DNA from: an uncultured Gammaproteobacteria bacterium
GTDB taxonomy: Bacteria > Cyanobacteriota > Vampirovibrionia > LMEP-6097
Direction: 5' to 3'
Length of the DNA: 64,000 bases
Assembly (NCBI GenBank): GCA_964517685.1
Contig: CAZFCF010000003.1
Coordinates: 47,706 to 111,705, forward strand
Position 1 is the first letter of the stretch; the number at the start of each line of letters is the position of its first letter. The notes beneath the pieces were generated by a model. It saw nothing but the letters and a program-made list of their open reading frames with translations, made no database searches and was not told the origin of the DNA. A program made the translations under genes and the position numbers. Below are positions 60,009 through 64,000 of this stretch, one piece after another.

Positions 60009-60584
60009 ATGAAAAAAAGTTTTTTACTTAGTTCTTTAGTAATGTTACTTACTACTGTTCTGCCGGCAAGGTCTACTGAATATATTTATGCTGGTTCGCT
60101 CGCTTTAATTGGTGATTATGCTTACACAGTTGAAGCCAATACTGATAAAGCATATTTGGTTAAATATAGTTTCCCTCTTTTTGAAGAAGTCAAAAGAGTA
60201 GATTTAGAAGATGGATTTCCAACTGTTATCGGTTCAGAAAAAGGTTTTGCTGTAAATCACTACACAGAGTATGAATGGACCTCAGTCTCTGAAGAAGACA
60301 AGAGTGCTTTGAAAAAATTCAAAGCACATACAGGCGGATTTAGTCTTGCTACCGGGGATATTTTAACGGAAACAACTGTTTATACTAGCTACAATTCTGA
60401 TTTAGAGAAGGTTTCAGAAAAAACTATTTCTAATGTCTATATCTTCACTTACTCTTACGAAGATGATCCGACTACTCTTGCGGACGATGCGTTAGCTAGT
60501 GCGGTTGAAGACAAATTCTGCGGCAAGAAAAAATCTAAAAAAGGCAAGTGTAAGAAAGTTCTTTTAAGAACCTCGGCTCATTAG
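60009..60584 (+). CDS. secreted hypothetical protein (191 aa, signal peptide)
   Basis: MKKSFLLSSLVMLLTTVLPARS signal peptide. Lys-rich C-terminus. No domains recognised. Confidence 0.4.
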   Translation: MKKSFLLSSLVMLLTTVLPARSTEYIYAGSLALIGDYAYTVEANTDKAYLVKYSFPLFEEVKRVDLEDGFPTVIGSEKGFAVNHYTEYEWTSVSEEDKSALKKFKAHTGGFSLATGDILTETTVYTSYNSDLEKVSEKTISNVYIFTYSYEDDPTTLADDALASAVEDKFCGKKKSKKGKCKKVLLRTSAH

Positions 60585-60633
60585 CCTTTGCAAAAATGAG
60601 CCGTATTTTGGTTAATTATGAGCCGTAAATAAA

Positions 60634-61899
60634 TTACGCAGAAACTTTCAAGCTAGCTAATTTAGCTTTAAGTTCATTTACCTTATCGAGCTCTTCCCAA
60701 GGGAGTTTGAGATCAGGTCTGCCGAAGTGTCCATAAGCTGCAACCTCTTGGTAAAATCTGCCGCCTCTTAGTTTTGGCATTTCTCTTAGTTTGAAATTTT
60801 TAATAATAGAATATGGTCTGAAATCAAAAACTTCTTTAACTAATTCAGTAATTACTGCATCGTCCATATCACTAGTACCAAAAGCCTCTACATGGACGCT
60901 GGTTGGTCTAGCGACACCAATTGCATATGATAACTGGATTTCGCATTTGCTAGCAATGCCGGCAGCCACAATGTTCTTAGCTGCATGACGCGCTGCATAA
61001 GCCGCAGAGCGATCTACTTTAGTTGGATCTTTGCCTGAGAAGGCACCACCACCATGTCTTGCATAACCACCGTAAGTATCTACGATAATTTTACGTCCAG
61101 TTAGTCCAGCATCACCTTGAGGTCCGCCAACTACAAATCTGCCAGATGGATTGAAAAGAAATTTCGTATCAGCGTCATATTGCAAGTCATAATTTTTGAA
61201 AACTGCGTCAACAACTTTGCTTTTAAGATCTTTAGCAATGATTGCTTGGATCTTCTCATTGTCGCTTTCGCCATTAATAACCGGATCATGTTGAGTTGAG
61301 ATGAGAATAGTATCAACTCTAACTGGTTTGCCGTTTACATATTCTAAAGTTACTTGTGCTTTAGAATCAGGTCTTAGATATTTAACTCCTGGGTCATTTT
61401 TTCTTACCTCAGCAAGTGTGCGCATTAGATTGTGTGAAAGCGTTATAGCAAGCGGCATGTATTCAGGTGTTTCATCACAAGCAAAACCAAACATGATACC
61501 TTGGTCGCCAGCACCGAATTGATCTGCAGGGTCATGAGAAACATGATCTCTAATTTCTTTTGCTTGGCTTACACCAGCTGCGATATCAGGAGACTGTTGG
61601 TCAAGAGTAATCATCACTGCACAAGTATCAGCATCAAAGCCCCCTGATGAGTGTCCTGTATAGCCTATCTCGCGAATTTTATTTCTTGCGATTTCATTTA
61701 CAGGTGCGTAACATTCAGTAGTTATTTCACCACCAACTACCACAAGTCCAGTTGTACAAAAAGTTTCACATGCAACACGTGATTTTGGATCAGCAGTAAG
61801 AATTGCGTCCAGGACAGCATCAGAAATTTGATCACAGATTTTATCCGGGTGACCTTCGCTAACTGATTCTGAAGTAAATAAATAAGATTTTAAAGACAT
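60634..61899 (-). CDS. metK: S-adenosylmethionine synthetase (MetK)
   Basis: [28 protein letters not shown]-terminus, GAGDQG, and the [33 protein letters not shown]-terminal signature. 421 aa. Confidence 0.9.
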   Translation of the reverse strand: MSLKSYLFTSESVSEGHPDKICDQISDAVLDAILTADPKSRVACETFCTTGLVVVGGEITTECYAPVNEIARNKIREIGYTGHSSGGFDADTCAVMITLDQQSPDIAAGVSQAKEIRDHVSHDPADQFGAGDQGIMFGFACDETPEYMPLAITLSHNLMRTLAEVRKNDPGVKYLRPDSKAQVTLEYVNGKPVRVDTILISTQHDPVINGESDNEKIQAIIAKDLKSKVVDAVFKNYDLQYDADTKFLFNPSGRFVVGGPQGDAGLTGRKIIVDTYGGYARHGGGAFSGKDPTKVDRSAAYAARHAAKNIVAAGIASKCEIQLSYAIGVARPTSVHVEAFGTSDMDDAVITELVKEVFDFRPYSIIKNFKLREMPKLRGGRFYQEVAAYGHFGRPDLKLPWEELDKVNELKAKLASLKVSA

Positions 61900-62096
61900 A
61901 GTTGAACGTTATTCTAACAAATTAACAATCAGAGCTCTACGTTCAATGTAAAAAGCAATATAAAATGAATAATTAAAAATATTATGCCCAATTTTTTGGC
62001 TTTTATAACGTCCAGCTTTTAGCTGATTTAGAACGCAAATACTAGTTTTTTAGGTCGAGTTTCAAACTAGGCTGATTTGCTTACATTACAGTGTAG

Positions 62097-62519
62097 ATGG
62101 CAAGCTCAAAAATAGAAGAATTACTATCAGAAATCCTTGTAATTAAGGACCTGTATATCTGCGGCAGAATGAACCAGTCGATTTGTTACGCAGTGGTTGG
62201 CGCTGGCCAGCAAAAGAACTTTTCTAAGAAGAATTGGAATGTCTATGAAGAGCTTAGCGAAAACTATATCAAAGATTCAATTTCAGAATTAGTTTTCAGA
62301 AGAGATGAATTAATCGAAGAACTTCAGAAAGTTGGTCCAGTTACAGCGAATGTAGTTTTTGATACTTCATATGCAGATTTTGATGATGAACTTATCAATG
62401 AAATGATGACCGACTTCTACGGCGGCAAAGATTCAATCGCCTTTGCAAGTTCTTATAATTATTTTTCAGAAGATTTTAACGCGATACTCAGTGAGTTTGT
62501 GATTACTGAGTTGAATTAA
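62097..62519 (+). CDS. hypothetical protein (140 aa, acidic)
   Basis: ORF only. Confidence 0.35.
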   Translation: MASSKIEELLSEILVIKDLYICGRMNQSICYAVVGAGQQKNFSKKNWNVYEELSENYIKDSISELVFRRDELIEELQKVGPVTANVVFDTSYADFDDELINEMMTDFYGGKDSIAFASSYNYFSEDFNAILSEFVITELN

Positions 62520-63103
62520 ATTTGTGAATAATTCCTAATCTTGTCTGTAAGGGCGTATAGACGCTCTGTTATTAGTCTTTTCTGATTAGGAGTTATTTGC
62601 GGTGAAATTTTTTCTGTTAAATAATTGGAATTCCAAAGAGCAATTGCTTCAAATAAATAAGTAATAGGTGATCTGCAATGCATTCCTACCGTTTTTTTCC
62701 AATGTAGGAAATACATTATCTCTTCAAGCTTTTTGGGTGAAGATTGAAATTTGTCACAGATAGCATCAAATATACCAATAGTCTCATTTGCAGAATCAAA
62801 GTCATTATCTATGAGAGTCAGTCTAAGACCTAATTCTAGTGCAGGAGGCATTCGAGAATTTTTTTTCTGTTGGGTAGGTTCCGTTAATACTTTATAAGTC
62901 TCATCTTCGCTCAATTGCCTTATTATTTCCTTAGCTTCGCTTGAGTTTAATTTCTCTTCTGAAGATATAGATTGTCTTAGAGATTGTATTTGATTGTTGG
63001 CGGGAATTTGAGTGTCGCCACTAGCATCTGCTTTAGTTCCATCTGCTGCTCTATATAATGCTGCAAATCTTCTTTCGGAAATAGCTCCAGTGCCAATTAA
63101 CAT
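62516..63103 (-). CDS. hypothetical protein (195 aa)
   Basis: ORF only. Stop overlaps the 62097-62519 stop by 4 bp (convergent). Confidence 0.35.
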   Translation of the reverse strand: MLIGTGAISERRFAALYRAADGTKADASGDTQIPANNQIQSLRQSISSEEKLNSSEAKEIIRQLSEDETYKVLTEPTQQKKNSRMPPALELGLRLTLIDNDFDSANETIGIFDAICDKFQSSPKKLEEIMYFLHWKKTVGMHCRSPITYLFEAIALWNSNYLTEKISPQITPNQKRLITERLYALTDKIRNYSQI

Positions 63104-63146
63104 AAGGTTTGATTATAGAATGCAAAATATTCTAATAGCCCAAAAT

Positions 63147-63995
63147 TTAATTATTGCGATTAATTATAAATTCAGCTAGCTCTATTAAAGCCTGCTTGTA
63201 GATTGAATTTGGTAAAGACGTCAATGCCATGCTTGCTGAATTGATATATTCTTTAGCTCGGGCAAAGCTTTTCTCGATGGCATTTGCTTCTTGCATTAAT
63301 GTATAAACTTCTTTAGCCAGAATATTTTTTTCATCAGGATCCTCAGAGCAAGAGAGCTTCTCGATCATTGAACAAAGTTTTGTATATTTATTTTGGTCAC
63401 TAGTTTGAAAATGTTCAAGCGTATAAAGTACGGGCATGGTAATTTGCCCATCTTTAAGATCGGCGAAAGCTGGCTTACCAAGAGTTTTTTCGTCAGCAGT
63501 AAAATCTAAAATATCGTCAATGATTTGAAAAGCTAAACCTAGGTCTTTGCCATAGTTTGCTGTAGCCTCGATCAAATCAGGGTTTGAGCCAACAATAATT
63601 GCTGGTGATTTAGTTGCTGCTTCGAAAAGTGAAGCAGTTTTTTTGTAGGTCTTCGAGTAGTAGTAATCCCAATCAGTTTCTGTCGAGAATTTTTTCTCGA
63701 CTTGCCTAATTTCCCCATCGCACAGATCTTCTAGCACTTTCGCGTAAATGCAAGTGATCTCGTTGATACCGACTTTCCCCAGATTCACTGCAGCGCGCGC
63801 AAACATAAAGTCTCCACTGATTACAGTGACGGCATTATCCCATTTGCTATTTGCAGTTTCTCTACCGCGTCTTATAAGCGAGTTGTCGATGATATCATCG
63901 TGCACCAAGCTTGCAGTATGAATTAGCTCGCTGATTTCAGCGACTAAGAATATCTTCTCTTCAATATCGGCTGAAATATTTTCCCCAATAGTCAA
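63147..63995 (-). CDS. polyprenyl diphosphate synthase (trans-isoprenyl diphosphate synthase family), N-terminally truncated by window edge
   Basis: First aspartate-rich motif LVHDDIIDNSLIRRGR and second QIIDDILDF. The frame continues beyond 63995. Confidence 0.75.
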   Translation of the reverse strand: MTIGENISADIEEKIFLVAEISELIHTASLVHDDIIDNSLIRRGRETANSKWDNAVTVISGDFMFARAAVNLGKVGINEITCIYAKVLEDLCDGEIRQVEKKFSTETDWDYYYSKTYKKTASLFEAATKSPAIIVGSNPDLIEATANYGKDLGLAFQIIDDILDFTADEKTLGKPAFADLKDGQITMPVLYTLEHFQTSDQNKYTKLCSMIEKLSCSEDPDEKNILAKEVYTLMQEANAIEKSFARAKEYINSASMALTSLPNSIYKQALIELAEFIINRNN

Positions 63996-64000
63996 AGCTC

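Overview
This is an AT-rich (about 35% GC) bacterial chromosomal window, apparently from a flagellated diderm. Four genes support that: kdsB, a TamB/AsmA-like giant protein, three flagellin genes, and fliG/motA/flgM/flgN. Most of the window is scattered housekeeping. Identified genes are tsaB, hemW, aroA, leuC, tyrS, fabF, ruvA, eno, metK, purH, rpsF, ssb, rsmH, mtnP, and two-subunit 2-oxoacid:ferredoxin oxidoreductase korAB. Several things look unusual. (1) A palindromic MITE family resembling Rickettsia palindromic elements (RPE) occurs at least 10 times. Two copies sit in frame inside an ABC-type solute-binding protein gene, and others rewrite the C-termini of panE and an alcohol dehydrogenase. 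(2) A second, GC-rich repeat of about 100 bp occurs twice in inverted orientation, and compensatory changes preserve a hairpin in both copies. (3) A group II (thermosome-like) chaperonin is present in this bacterium. (4) The three-flagellin locus has two near-identical copies and an adjacent 1563-aa Thr/Ser/Ala/Gly-rich secreted protein that may be an S-layer protein. The two share strong hairpin terminators. (5) A tRNA-Tyr has a duplicated 41-bp 3' end, followed by a small island: a Gly-zipper small protein, an HD-domain protein and a secreted protein, bracketed by palindromic CGGCTCAT/ATGAGCCG sites. (6) A heavily structured leader sits upstream of purH and is a candidate riboswitch. (7) A HisKA_2 kinase is paired with an ANTAR response regulator. 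No CRISPR array, rRNA or obvious integrase/transposase was seen. All calls are from reading the sequence and ORF translations only; no searches were run.
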